DNA from: Clostridiales bacterium
Lineage (GTDB): Bacteria; Bacillota; Clostridia; Oscillospirales; Oscillospiraceae
Direction of reading: 5' to 3'
Assembly: GCA_004556345.1 (NCBI GenBank)
Contig: SFHQ01000008.1
Coordinates: 16,540-80,539 of the forward strand
DNA: 64,000 nt
Part shown: positions 1 through 9,583 of the stretch, one piece after another
Layout: each line of letters begins with the position of its first letter
Position numbering within the stretch: the first letter of the stretch is position 1
Notes under the pieces: model-generated
What the model was told of the DNA's origin: nothing
Databases searched by the model: none
What the model saw: only the letters and a program-made list of their open reading frames with translations
Position numbers and translations under genes: made by a program

Positions 1-88
1 GGTCGGATGATGATGAGACATTGGTTTGGATCCCTCCTGAGAGAAAATGCGCGGGCAGGCTGGGGCCTGTCCGCGCACTTGGTCTGCG

Positions 89-1573
89 TTATTCTTCGGA
101 GTCGCCGGTGCTGGTCCCTTCTGTGGTTCCGCCGGTGGTCCCGGTGCCGGTGCCGCCAGTGGTGGTCCCGGTGGTGTCGTTGGAGCCGGTGCCGCCGGTG
201 GTGGTGTTCCCGGTGTTCCCGGTGCCGGTGGTGTCGTTGGACCCCGTGGTGTCGCCGGTGGTGGTGCCGGTGTTGTTATTGTTGTTGGTCGTGGTGCCGG
301 TGCTGCCGTCGTCGGCGGCGTTTCCGGCGTCCTTGGTGGAGTCATGGGGGGTGGAGTTGGGGTTCTCCACGACGCTCACGGCCACCTCCACGGTCTTCGA
401 CCCGGCCACGCCCTTGATGATGGCGCTGCCCACCTGCTTGGCGGTGACGACGCCCTTGTCGTCCACGGTGGCCACAGACGTGTCGTTGCTGCTCCACTTG
501 ATGGTGGCGGGGGTCTTGGACGTGTCCTCCATGACCACGGTGGCGTCGATGGGATAGGTCTCACCGGAGCGGACGGTGATGCTCTCGTTGGTCACGCGGA
601 TGCTGTCCACGCCCGTGGCGCTCTCCACCACGGTGACGGTGCCGCTGGCGACCTTTTCGCCGTCGATGGAGGCGGTGATGGTGGCGCTGCCCAGGCTCTC
701 GGCGGTGAGGGTCGCGGTGAGGCCGTCGCCCTCGACGGTGACCACGTTGTTCTCGCTGCTGGTCCAGGTGACGGTCGGCTCACTGCTGCCGTTGGACGAG
801 CTTGTGCTGCCGGTGTTCAGGGTGGCGGTGGCGGTCTCGCCCACCACGATCTCCGAGGTGGAGAAGTCGATCTTATAGTCGCCCTTGCCGGCCACCATGG
901 ACCGGATCACCAGCACCGCCAGCACGATCACCACCAGGCCGATGATGATGGGCAAAAACTGCATGAAGCCCCCCCGGCGGCCGCCCCGGTCGTAATCCCG
1001 GTCCCGGTCCCGACGGCGGCGGTCTCGGTCGTAGTCGCGGTCATAGTCCCGGCTGCGGCTGCTGCGGCGGTCCCGGTCGTAGTCCCGGTCGCGGCCGGAG
1101 CCGGCGGAGGACCGGCGGCGGTCCCGATCCCGGTCTCTGTCCCGGCCGGAGCCGGACGAGGAACGGTGGCGGTCCCGGTCCCGGCTGCCGGAGCTGCGGG
1201 ACGAGGGGCCGGAGGAACGGCTGCGGCTGGCACCGGAGGCGGAAGAGGACTTCTTCTTCCGGCTGGCGCCGTGATCCTCCCAGTCGGGGGCGGTGCGCTC
1301 CCAGTCGGACAGGTCGATGTCATCGTCCCGGCGGGAGCGGGTGTTGTAGTTGTCGTAGCCCCTGGTGGAGTAGCGGTCGTAGCCCCGGTCATAGTCGTCG
1401 TAGTTGTCATAGTCCCGGCCATAGAGCGCCCGGTCGTACCGGTCGTAGGTGCCGCCGTTGCGATAGTCCCGGTCGTAATAGTCATAGTCCCGGCTACCGG
1501 AAGCATCAAAGGAGCCCCGGCGGGAGCTCCCTCTGTAAGAGCGGCTGTAATCGTCGTAATCGTCGTAACGCAT
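89..1573 (-). CDS. Membrane-anchored protein: Arg/Asp/Ser-rich disordered N-terminus, one TM helix, two Ig-like (Big_2-type) domains, Thr/Gly-rich tail
   Basis: ORF 89..1585; ATG at 1573 chosen because GGAGG (1586-1590) is properly spaced from it. TM segment FLPIIIGLVVIVLAVLVI. Big_2-like motifs VTWTSSENNVVTV and IKWSSNDTSVATVDDKGVVTAK. Confidence 0.75.
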   Translation of the reverse strand: MRYDDYDDYSRSYRGSSRRGSFDASGSRDYDYYDRDYRNGGTYDRYDRALYGRDYDNYDDYDRGYDRYSTRGYDNYNTRSRRDDDIDLSDWERTAPDWEDHGASRKKKSSSASGASRSRSSGPSSRSSGSRDRDRHRSSSGSGRDRDRDRDRRRSSAGSGRDRDYDRDRRSSRSRDYDRDYDRDRRRRDRDRDYDRGGRRGGFMQFLPIIIGLVVIVLAVLVIRSMVAGKGDYKIDFSTSEIVVGETATATLNTGSTSSSNGSSEPTVTWTSSENNVVTVEGDGLTATLTAESLGSATITASIDGEKVASGTVTVVESATGVDSIRVTNESITVRSGETYPIDATVVMEDTSKTPATIKWSSNDTSVATVDDKGVVTAKQVGSAIIKGVAGSKTVEVAVSVVENPNSTPHDSTKDAGNAADDGSTGTTTNNNNNTGTTTGDTTGSNDTTGTGNTGNTTTGGTGSNDTTGTTTGGTGTGTTGGTTEGTSTGDSEE

Positions 1574-1864
1574 AAGCAGTATCATCCTCCTGACGATCGT
1601 TCTGCATCAAAAATGTCATCGGGTCGTTGGATTCGATGAGAAATCTCTATAGTTCATGGTATTATATCATATCTGACAGCCGCTGAAAACACCTAATTTG
1701 TAAAGTTTCCGCAAAATATTGTCACCGTTTTTGGGAGAAATCCCGACGAAACCTTTACCAAACGGGGGTTTTATGCTACAATACCCACAAAACCCGTGTT
1801 TTTCCAACCCTTCGCCCCCCCAGGGCGGGCGGCCGGGAGGGCGGGAGGAAACGAGGGAATTTCT

Positions 1865-2662
1865 GTGAAGCTGTCTTTTCAAACGGCCGGTCTTCCCACC
1901 TGGCCGGTGCTGCTGGTGAAGACCCCGGTGGACGCGGCGGACCGCCCGGCCATCGCCGGGAAGCTGAAGGCCATCCGGGAGCTGGGGGCCAAAGACGTGT
2001 TCTTTCTGACCCCGCCCCAGGGCAAGGGCGTGGTCCGGGTCGAGACCGTGACCGGGGCCGTCAGCGGCACGGCCCTGCTGCTGGGGGGCCTGTCCTTCGC
2101 CGTAGGCCGGGGCATCCGGCGGGACAAAAAATTGCCCGTGGAGATCGGCGGGAGCAACGCCCCCTGCACCGTCCAGCTCAACCCCCTGGCGGGGCATGGG
2201 GCGGCGGACCTGCCCCTGCCCCTGTGGATGGGATCCCGGCCCTTTTTGTCCAAAGCCGAAACAGCGCCGATGGTCTGCCTGCCGGGGCTGGTCTGCGTGC
2301 TGCGCTCCGGGGCGGCGTTGCCGGAAGAGGCCGTCCTGGCCCCGGCGTTGGACACGCTGGCGCGGGAGAACGAGGTCCCCGCTGCCGCCGCCCTGCTCTG
2401 GAATTTCCGGGCGGGCAGTCTGTCCGCCGTCCGCTGGCAGGCGGGCGAGGCGGATCTCACCCCCCTCCCCTGCGGCGTGGCGGCGGCGGGGGCGGCGGCG
2501 GCCTGGTCGGCCCGGCACGGGACCGACGGACACCACCGGCTGACCATCCGGCAGCCCGGCGGAGCGCTGGACACGGATGCCGTCGTCAAGGGCGGTCGGC
2601 TCCAGCGCCTCACCGTCAGCGGGCCGGTGGTCTTGGGGCCGGAATACGTCGTGGAATTTTAA
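1865..2662 (+). CDS. Diaminopimelate epimerase (DapF)-fold protein, apparently catalytically degenerate
   Basis: GTG at 1865 after GAGGGA. C-terminal PCGVAAAGAAA...IRQPGGAL...VSGPV matches the DapF-like CGTG/ QPGG/ GP pattern; the first catalytic CGN motif is missing. Confidence 0.55.
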   Translation: MKLSFQTAGLPTWPVLLVKTPVDAADRPAIAGKLKAIRELGAKDVFFLTPPQGKGVVRVETVTGAVSGTALLLGGLSFAVGRGIRRDKKLPVEIGGSNAPCTVQLNPLAGHGAADLPLPLWMGSRPFLSKAETAPMVCLPGLVCVLRSGAALPEEAVLAPALDTLARENEVPAAAALLWNFRAGSLSAVRWQAGEADLTPLPCGVAAAGAAAAWSARHGTDGHHRLTIRQPGGALDTDAVVKGGRLQRLTVSGPVVLGPEYVVEF

Positions 2663-2676
2663 GGCTCTGCCGCAGC

Positions 2677-2716
2677 AAAGGGCAGGAACAGCGCCGTGCT
2701 GTCCCTGTCCTTTTTT
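2677..2716 (+). terminator. Intrinsic terminator between convergent genes
   Basis: Stem aaagggcaggaacagc / gctgtccctgtccttt followed by a T-run. Confidence 0.7.
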
Positions 2717-2719
2717 GGC

Positions 2720-4423
2720 TTAATGTTCTGTTTCTTCTTCGTTTTCGCTGTTCTGCGGCTTTCCTGGTGCTTGCCCGTTGCCGTCGAACTGCGGCGGTTC
2801 TGCACCATCCGATTCGCCTGTGCCGCCCGGTCCACCCGGTCCGCCAGCTCCGTTGCCGCCGCCCATGTTCATGGTGCCCATGACGCTTACGTCCAGGTCG
2901 GAGGCATCAATTAGGGCGTCGCTGTCGCGCTGGGCCTCCTCGGTGGAGGGGATGGTCCCGTCCAACTGCCCCTGGATGGACTGACCGCGCAGCTTCACCA
3001 CCTGGTAGAGCGTTTCCGCCGCCGTCTCGTACTCGTCATAGGAGTAGAAGGCCGTGGGGTCTGTTTCCACCAGCTCGTCGATCTGGCTGCGGACGCGCTC
3101 ATAGAAGGCGTCAAAGCCGCCGCCGTTGATGTACTCGCTGACCAGCTGCTGCAAATAGGCCTCATACTGGCTGTGATACGTCTCGTTCTCCAGGAGCGTA
3201 TCGAAGAAGTCCGTACCGGAGAAGGCATCGTCGATGGGGCTGTTCACCACGCTGGTGGCCTCGCTGCTCTCCTCTGTTTCGCCGGAGCCGCCGGGCATCC
3301 CGCCGCCCATGCCACCCATGCCGCCCATGCCGCCGAGGGCCAGGTTGTAGTCCCAGGGGATGAGGCTCAGCTTTCCGTCCGACTCATAGAGATAGTAGTT
3401 GTGGGCCATCGTCCCGGATAAGCTGTCCTCGTTGACGGAGAAGACATGGACCGCCATGTAGCGCAGGAGGTTGTCGATGTCCATGTAAGTCTCCAGGTCG
3501 TTCCCCGCCGCAATGTTTTTCAGGGCCTTGACCACCCGCTCGTGGTCGGCCTGGTTCGTCTTGGTGACTTCCCCGTCCCAGATCGTCTCATAGCTGTCCA
3601 GGTCATCGTCGGTGTAGTTGAGGTCTGCGCCGCCGCTGTTCCTGTCCATGCCGCCCGGCTGCTCGGCGTTTTCTGCGGCGTCTGTCTGGTTCGGCGCGTC
3701 CGGTGCTCCCCCGTTGCCGAAGTCTTTGCCGTCCTCGGTCCCCTCCGGCATCCCATCCGGCCTGTCTTGGGCCTTCCCGCCGCCCATGTCCATGCTCTCC
3801 GGCTTATAAAGCTCCCCGCTCTCCGTGCCGTAGTTGCGGAGCTGGAAGCTGTCCTCCACGCCCTCCAGGGCCAGGTAAACGCCCCAATATTCCCCGTTGA
3901 GTGAAATTTTGGCGTAATTATAGAGGGAGACGTCCGCGCCGAGATACTGGTACATGTCATAGATCAGCGCCTCCTTTAGGTTGGTGGCGTCGGCGTAGTT
4001 GTTGTTCAGGATGAGCTTATCCAGGCCGAAGCAGGTCTGCCCGTCCACATAGTGGTCAAACTCCAGCTTGAAGCTGTAGCGGTCCGTTGTGTCATCGTTG
4101 GCGATGGCGCTCAGGCTGGTGTTGCCCTTAGGGCGGATGCCCACCTGATAGAACATGGTGCCGTTGACCTCCACGTTGCACTGGTAGTAGGTTTCTGCCG
4201 TGGCGTTTTCCAGCATGTCGTTCCAGTCCGCCTCGTCCATCTGGATGTTCACGCTGAGGATGCTGCTGGTGTCAAACAGCGCCGTTTCATATTCCTGCGC
4301 AATGCCCTTGTCCCCGGCCCAGGCCGTGAGCGGACCGGAAAAGGCGACGGCGCAGAGACACAGGCAGACGGCAGCGGCCATGACCGCCGCAACGATCTTC
4401 GTGATGTGTTTGTGCGCAAGCAT
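2720..4423 (-). CDS. CotH kinase family protein, secreted
   Basis: 567 aa with N-terminal signal peptide; motifs GIRPKGNTS, YSFKLEF, YWGVYLALE, IPWDYNLAL typical of CotH-like kinases. Confidence 0.85.
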   Translation of the reverse strand: MLAHKHITKIVAAVMAAAVCLCLCAVAFSGPLTAWAGDKGIAQEYETALFDTSSILSVNIQMDEADWNDMLENATAETYYQCNVEVNGTMFYQVGIRPKGNTSLSAIANDDTTDRYSFKLEFDHYVDGQTCFGLDKLILNNNYADATNLKEALIYDMYQYLGADVSLYNYAKISLNGEYWGVYLALEGVEDSFQLRNYGTESGELYKPESMDMGGGKAQDRPDGMPEGTEDGKDFGNGGAPDAPNQTDAAENAEQPGGMDRNSGGADLNYTDDDLDSYETIWDGEVTKTNQADHERVVKALKNIAAGNDLETYMDIDNLLRYMAVHVFSVNEDSLSGTMAHNYYLYESDGKLSLIPWDYNLALGGMGGMGGMGGGMPGGSGETEESSEATSVVNSPIDDAFSGTDFFDTLLENETYHSQYEAYLQQLVSEYINGGGFDAFYERVRSQIDELVETDPTAFYSYDEYETAAETLYQVVKLRGQSIQGQLDGTIPSTEEAQRDSDALIDASDLDVSVMGTMNMGGGNGAGGPGGPGGTGESDGAEPPQFDGNGQAPGKPQNSENEEETEH

Positions 4424-4437
4424 GGGTCCGCCCCCCG

Positions 4438-5109
4438 TTACGACAGGTATTCGCCGTTGTAGCTGACCAGGGTGGCGCTCCCCACGCCGGGCAGGTGGGC
4501 GATGGTGTTGACGAAGTCGGTGGAGGCGTTTTTGCCCCGCAGCTCTGCCGTCAGCTCGATGCCGGCGGTGGTGATGCTCTTGGACTTGACGATAGGATGC
4601 TCGGTATTCTCCTTCAGAACGTCCAGCGCGGCGTGCTCCGCCGTCTCATCTGTGCAGTTCAGGACCAGGATATAGGGGTCGTTTCGCACTTTGCGGTTGG
4701 CAAAGAGCAGCAGGATCACGCCGATGAGGGCAGAGCCGATCACAGCCAGCGGGAGCAGGCCCGCGCCGACGACGATGCCCACAGCCAGGGACCAGAAGAG
4801 AAAGACGATCTCCACCGGCTCCTTGATGGCCGTGCGGAAACGGATGATGGAGAGGGCGCCCACCATGCCCAGAGACAGGACCACGTTGGACGTGACCGCC
4901 ATGATGACCAAGGTCGTGACCAGGGACAGGCCGACCAAGGTCAGCGCAAAGCCGCTGGAGTACATGACGCCCGTCAGCGTCTTTTTGTAGATGAGGAAGA
5001 TGAACAGGCCGATCACCAGCGAGACGGCCAGGCCGAGCACGGTATCCAGGACCGAGAACTCGGACACGTTTTCCAGAAAGCTGGACTTAAAAATATCGTT
5101 GAAGCTCAT
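4438..5109 (-). CDS. DUF4956 family membrane protein
   Basis: 223 aa hydrophobic protein with SLGMVGALSIIRFRTAIKEP signature; usual neighbour of VTC-domain genes. Confidence 0.85.
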   Translation of the reverse strand: MSFNDIFKSSFLENVSEFSVLDTVLGLAVSLVIGLFIFLIYKKTLTGVMYSSGFALTLVGLSLVTTLVIMAVTSNVVLSLGMVGALSIIRFRTAIKEPVEIVFLFWSLAVGIVVGAGLLPLAVIGSALIGVILLLFANRKVRNDPYILVLNCTDETAEHAALDVLKENTEHPIVKSKSITTAGIELTAELRGKNASTDFVNTIAHLPGVGSATLVSYNGEYLS

Positions 5110-5136
5110 GTAGGTTCTCCTTTTTTTACTCGTTGC

Positions 5137-5829
5137 TCAGCCGAACCGGCGGCAGGCCCCGTACTTGGAAAACGCCTGCTGGCGCAGGGTCCCCACTTGC
5201 AATAAGCCGCGAATGACTTCTGGCAGAAAGGCGTCGAACTTCACCTCTAAGATGGTGTCGCCGGGGGCATCTGTGGCGCTGATGTCTGGGAGCGTCCCCA
5301 CGGCAAAGTCGCGCTCAAACAGGCTCGTGCGGATGTGGGAGTCGAAGGTCACGCGAACGTTGCCCGCCCGGTAGATGTACGGCTCCCGCACATAGGACAC
5401 CAGCACGCGGGGCCGGAGCTGCTGCAACTTCATCTTGCAGTACAGCTCCCCCACCAGCGGCTCCGGGTGCTCCAGCATCCAAGGCCCCGGTGCCTGTAAT
5501 ATCCTCTGGTACTCCTCCGCCGTCAGGGGCGCGTCGAGCTTTTTGCACAGGTCGTTGTGCTTGATCTTCTTTTCCAGGGTGATGAAGGAAAGATCCTCGT
5601 TGTAGTAACGGATGCGAAATTTTTCCCGCGTCTGCACGCCGCTCAGCTTTTCCCGCAGGGCCTTGTCCTTGTAGTTGTCAAAGTAGACGCTTCGGATCGT
5701 ATACCGCCCCGTCTCGTCCGTGTGGGGGTCCCGCTGCATGAGCGGCCGCAGGCGCTGGACGAGGGCCATGCGGTCGGCCAGGCTGATCGAATACTTCAGC
5801 TCGTGCCGATACTTGCCGGTCAGTTCCAT
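5137..5829 (-). CDS. Polyphosphate polymerase (VTC) domain protein
   Basis: RHELKY, YTIRSVYFD, REKFRIRYY, LEKK, VRVTFD, ILEVKF and FSKY motifs of the VTC/CYTH tunnel fold. Confidence 0.88.
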   Translation of the reverse strand: MELTGKYRHELKYSISLADRMALVQRLRPLMQRDPHTDETGRYTIRSVYFDNYKDKALREKLSGVQTREKFRIRYYNEDLSFITLEKKIKHNDLCKKLDAPLTAEEYQRILQAPGPWMLEHPEPLVGELYCKMKLQQLRPRVLVSYVREPYIYRAGNVRVTFDSHIRTSLFERDFAVGTLPDISATDAPGDTILEVKFDAFLPEVIRGLLQVGTLRQQAFSKYGACRRFG

Positions 5830-6042
5830 CGTAACGCTCCTTTCTGTGGTGCAATGTGATCAACGAAGGCCATTGTACAAACTCGTCCCAAAATGTACTT
5901 GAAAAGTTCCGGTTAAGAAATTGTGAACTTTTGGTAAGGCAGGCACTTTCCTCCGGCAGAGCCTCCTGCTATACTAAAAAAGATTTCAGGCTCATTTTGG
6001 CTTGGCCTCATAAAATAGGAGAAAAGACGGGAGGGGATACCC

Positions 6043-6720
6043 ATGCGGATCTTGATCGCAGAGGATGAAGTGACCATTGCACGAGCGCTGAAGGTCATGC
6101 TGGAAAAAAATAAATACGCCGTGGACCTGGTCCACAACGGCAACGACGCCCTGGACTATCTCCGGGCCACCGGCTACGACGCGCTGGTGCTGGACATCAT
6201 GATGCCGGGGAAAGACGGCATCCAGGTCCTGAAAACAGCCCGCGCAGAGGGGGTCACCACGCCCGCCCTCTTCCTCACGGCCAAGGCGGAGGTGGCCGAC
6301 CGGGTGGCCGGGCTGGACGCCGGGGCGGACGATTATCTCCCCAAGCCCTTTGCCGCCAGCGAATTTCTGGCCCGTGTCCGGGCGCTGGTGCGGCGCAGCA
6401 ACGTCTACGCCCCCGCGCTGCTGACCGTGGGAAACACCACGCTGGACGGTGACCAATACATGCTGAAAGCGCCTGCCGACACCGTGCGGCTGAACAACAA
6501 GGAGTACCAGCTCACGGAGCTGTTCTTCCGCCACCCGCGGCAGGTCTTTTCCTCCGCGCATCTCTTTGAAAAGATCTGGGGCCTGGACAGCCAGGCGGAG
6601 ATGGACGTGGTCTGGACCTACATCAGCTTCCTGCGCCGCAAGCTCAAGCAGATCGGGGCGGACGTGGAGATCCGGACCATCCGCGGCGCGGGCTATGCCC
6701 TGGAGGAGATGCCATGCTGA
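6043..6720 (+). CDS. OmpR-family response regulator
   Basis: MRILIAEDE, LDIMMP, GADDYLPKPF, C-terminal IRTIRGAGY; RBS GGAGGGG upstream. Confidence 0.95.
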   Translation: MRILIAEDEVTIARALKVMLEKNKYAVDLVHNGNDALDYLRATGYDALVLDIMMPGKDGIQVLKTARAEGVTTPALFLTAKAEVADRVAGLDAGADDYLPKPFAASEFLARVRALVRRSNVYAPALLTVGNTTLDGDQYMLKAPADTVRLNNKEYQLTELFFRHPRQVFSSAHLFEKIWGLDSQAEMDVVWTYISFLRRKLKQIGADVEIRTIRGAGYALEEMPC

Positions 6721-7937
6721 AGCAGATGCGCTGGCGCTTCATCGGCGCGGCGATGGCGGCCTTTACCGCCGTGGTCCTGACCCTGCTGTGCTTCGTGAAT
6801 CTCTGGAACTACCACAGCATGACCGACCAGCAGGACGAGGCACTCTCCCACCTGCTGGAGGTGGAGGACCAGCGGACGCCCTTTCCCCGTGAGAAAGACG
6901 CCCCCCCCTTTGACGACTGGGCGCACTTCTCGCCGGAGGTGCAGTATTCCCTCCGCTTCTTCTCCGTCCACTATGACGCCGACGGCACCGTGCTCCGGGT
7001 GGATCAGGATCATGTCGCTTCCCTCTCGGAGGAGGATGCCAAAGCCTATGCAGACGCGGCCCTGGCCCACCAGAAGGCCCAGGGCTATGAGAGCGGCTAC
7101 CGCTATCTGGTCCACACGACGGACCAGGAGACGGTGGTCCTCTTCCTCAACTCGGAGCGGGAGCTGCAGCGGATGCACTCCCTGCTTTGGATCACGCTGG
7201 TCATTGCCGGGGTCTGTCTGGTGGTGGTGTTTGTTCTGGTGGTCCTCTTGTCCCGGCGGGCCATCCTGCCGTACCTGAAAAACATGGAGGCCCAGAAGCA
7301 GTTCATCACCAACGCCAGCCATGAGCTGAAAACGCCCCTGACCGCCATCGCCACCAGCGCGGACGTGCTGGCCATGGAGCACGGCGACGACGAGTGGGTC
7401 CGCAACATCCAGGCCCAGGCGGCGCGGTTGGCCAAGCTCATCACCAATCTCGTCACCCTCTCCCGCCTGGATGAGGAAAACCCCTTTCCCGCGCGTGCGT
7501 CGTTTTCCCTCAGCGATGCGCTTTGGGAGATCAGCGAGCCGTTTGTCTCGCTGTCCCAAGCAAAGGGAAAGACATATACGCAGGAGATCGCAGACGGGCT
7601 GACCGTGGTCGGGGACCGGACCGCCATCCAGCAGATGGTTTCGATCCTGCTGGACAACGCCCTCAAGTATTCCCCCGACGGCGGGTGCATTGCCCTGACC
7701 GCCCGGCGCAGCGGGAAGCGCACGGAGCTTACCGTCTCCAACACCGTGGACACCGACCAGCCGACCGACACCGACCGCCTCTTCGACCGCTTCTATCGGG
7801 CGGACGAGTCCCACTCCCATGCCGTGAGCGGGACGGGCATCGGGCTGTCCATTGCCAAGGCCACGGTGGAGGCCCACGGCGGGAAGATCTTTGCCCGGCA
7901 GGCAGCGCATCAGCTCGTGTTTTATGTGGTCCTATAA
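6714..7937 (+). CDS. Sensor histidine kinase
   Basis: Two TM segments, H-box ASHELKTPL, N-box LLDNALKY, FDRFYR, GTGIGL; overlaps the regulator stop. Confidence 0.93.
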   Translation: MLKQMRWRFIGAAMAAFTAVVLTLLCFVNLWNYHSMTDQQDEALSHLLEVEDQRTPFPREKDAPPFDDWAHFSPEVQYSLRFFSVHYDADGTVLRVDQDHVASLSEEDAKAYADAALAHQKAQGYESGYRYLVHTTDQETVVLFLNSERELQRMHSLLWITLVIAGVCLVVVFVLVVLLSRRAILPYLKNMEAQKQFITNASHELKTPLTAIATSADVLAMEHGDDEWVRNIQAQAARLAKLITNLVTLSRLDEENPFPARASFSLSDALWEISEPFVSLSQAKGKTYTQEIADGLTVVGDRTAIQQMVSILLDNALKYSPDGGCIALTARRSGKRTELTVSNTVDTDQPTDTDRLFDRFYRADESHSHAVSGTGIGLSIAKATVEAHGGKIFARQAAHQLVFYVVL

Positions 7938-7940
7938 AAA

Positions 7941-7975
7941 GCAGAAGAGAGCGGCCGGTCGGCCGCTCTCTTTGC
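7941..7975. terminator. Probable bidirectional terminator
   Basis: Inverted repeat aagagagcggccg / cggccgctctctt between convergent genes. Confidence 0.7.
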
Positions 7976-8009
7976 GTTGGTACAGGTTACGTCTGTATCC
8001 GTATCAAAT

Positions 8010-8795
8010 TCAGTCCCCGTTGAACTTGTCCAAAAACTGCTTGGTGCGCTCCTGCTGGGGGTGGTAAAAGACCGCTTCGGGGCTGCCCTGCTCCACCACC
8101 ACGCCGCCGTCCATGAAGAGGACCTGATCGGCCACGTCGCGGGCGAAGCTCATCTCGTGGGTGACGATGATCATGGTGGTGTGCTGCTCGGCAAGGCCCC
8201 GGATGACCTTCAGGACCTCTCCCGTCAGCTCCGGGTCCAGGGCGGAGGTCGGCTCGTCGAAGCAGAGGATGTCCGGGTGCAGGGCCAGGGCGCGGGCGAT
8301 GGCCACCCGCTGCTGCTGGCCGCCGGAGAGCTGGTGCGGGTAATGCCCGGCCCGCTCCTTCAGGCCCATCTTTTCCAGCAGGGCCATACCCTCGGCGTCA
8401 ATGGCGGCGAGGATCTTTTTCTTGTTGGCCTTGAAGTCCGGGCGCTCCTTGGCCATGAGCCGCTCGGCCAGGGTCACGTTTTCCAGGGCGGTGTACTGGG
8501 GGAAGAGGTTGAAACTCTGGAAGACCAGGCCGAAGTGCAGGCGCTTGCGGCGGATCTCCTTCTCCTGCTGGGTGGCGGGGTCGGCGGCGTCGAAGAGGGT
8601 CTCCCCCCGGACGACGATGCGGCCGGTGTTGGGGGTCTCCAGGAAGTTCAGGCAGCGCAGGAGGGTGGTCTTGCCGCTGCCGGAGGAGCCGATGATGGCC
8701 AGGACCTGGCCCTCGTCCAGAGAGAAGTTGATGTCTTTCAGGACCTTGGTGGCCCCGAAGTTTTTTTCAATGTGCTGTACGTCTAAGATCGACAT
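8010..8795 (-). CDS. Polar amino acid ABC transporter ATP-binding protein
   Basis: Walker A GSSGSGKT, LSGGQQQR, FDEPTSALDPE, VTHEM. Confidence 0.95.
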   Translation of the reverse strand: MSILDVQHIEKNFGATKVLKDINFSLDEGQVLAIIGSSGSGKTTLLRCLNFLETPNTGRIVVRGETLFDAADPATQQEKEIRRKRLHFGLVFQSFNLFPQYTALENVTLAERLMAKERPDFKANKKKILAAIDAEGMALLEKMGLKERAGHYPHQLSGGQQQRVAIARALALHPDILCFDEPTSALDPELTGEVLKVIRGLAEQHTTMIIVTHEMSFARDVADQVLFMDGGVVVEQGSPEAVFYHPQQERTKQFLDKFNGD

Positions 8796-8808
8796 GAGAC
8801 AGACCCCC

Positions 8809-9465
8809 TTAGCGGAAGTAGCTGAGCTTGCGCTCGATGAGGTTGAAGACGATGGTCAGGATACCCACGAAGACCAGGTAAAACAGGCCCGTGTAGAACA
8901 GCGGCCAGATGATACCGGCGGACTTCATGTAGGACTCACCGGCCTTGATCAGCTCGGTGATGGCAATGATGCGGGCCAGAGAGGTGTCCTTGACCAGGGT
9001 GATGATCTCGTTGGACATGGGGGGCACGATGCGCTTGATCATCTGCAGGAGCGTGACCTTGAAGAAGATCTGGGACTTGGTGAAGCCCAGGACCTCGGCG
9101 GCCTCCCGCTGGCCCACGGGGACGCCCTGGATCCCGCCCCGGTAGATGACGGAGAAGTAGCAGGAGTAGTTGATGACGAAGGCAATGACGCAGGCCGTCA
9201 TGCGCCCGCTGCTGCCGCCGCCCCAGATGTTGGAGTCCAGCCAGAGGCCGGGGCCGTAATAGATGATGATGAGCTGGAGCATCAGGGGGGTGCCCCGGAT
9301 GATCCAGACGATCACGTCGACAACGGCCTTGAGGGGCCGCCATTTGCTCATGGAGCCAAAGGCGATCACCAGGCCCAGCGGTAGGCCGAAGAGCAGGGTC
9401 AGCGCAAACAGCTGCGTGGCCGTGCCTAAGCCGCTGATCAAAGATTGGGTTACTGTCCAGAACAT
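8809..9465 (-). CDS. Polar amino acid ABC transporter permease
   Basis: RGTPLMLQL, GQREAAEVLG (EAA loop), LVKDTSL. Confidence 0.93.
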   Translation of the reverse strand: MFWTVTQSLISGLGTATQLFALTLLFGLPLGLVIAFGSMSKWRPLKAVVDVIVWIIRGTPLMLQLIIIYYGPGLWLDSNIWGGGSSGRMTACVIAFVINYSCYFSVIYRGGIQGVPVGQREAAEVLGFTKSQIFFKVTLLQMIKRIVPPMSNEIITLVKDTSLARIIAITELIKAGESYMKSAGIIWPLFYTGLFYLVFVGILTIVFNLIERKLSYFR

Positions 9466-9502
9466 GGAACACGCTCCTCACGTTGGTTGTACTTGCTTTC
9501 TC

Positions 9503-9547
9503 AAAAAGCCGCCCAAAGGCAGAGGGGCAACGCCCTCTGCCTTTGGG
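9503..9547 (-). terminator. Hairpin/terminator between the binding-protein and permease genes
   Basis: Stem cccaaaggcagaggg / ccctctgcctttggg with a T-run on the minus strand. Confidence 0.65.
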
Positions 9548-9583
9548 ATGATGATTCGGTTCAAATGGCCGGGTGGGGCAGGC

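Noticed and set aside
5870..5915. Response-regulator direct repeat upstream of the VTC operon
   Set aside because: Only a weak TTTCAAG/TTTTGGG match at 11-bp spacing; not supportable.
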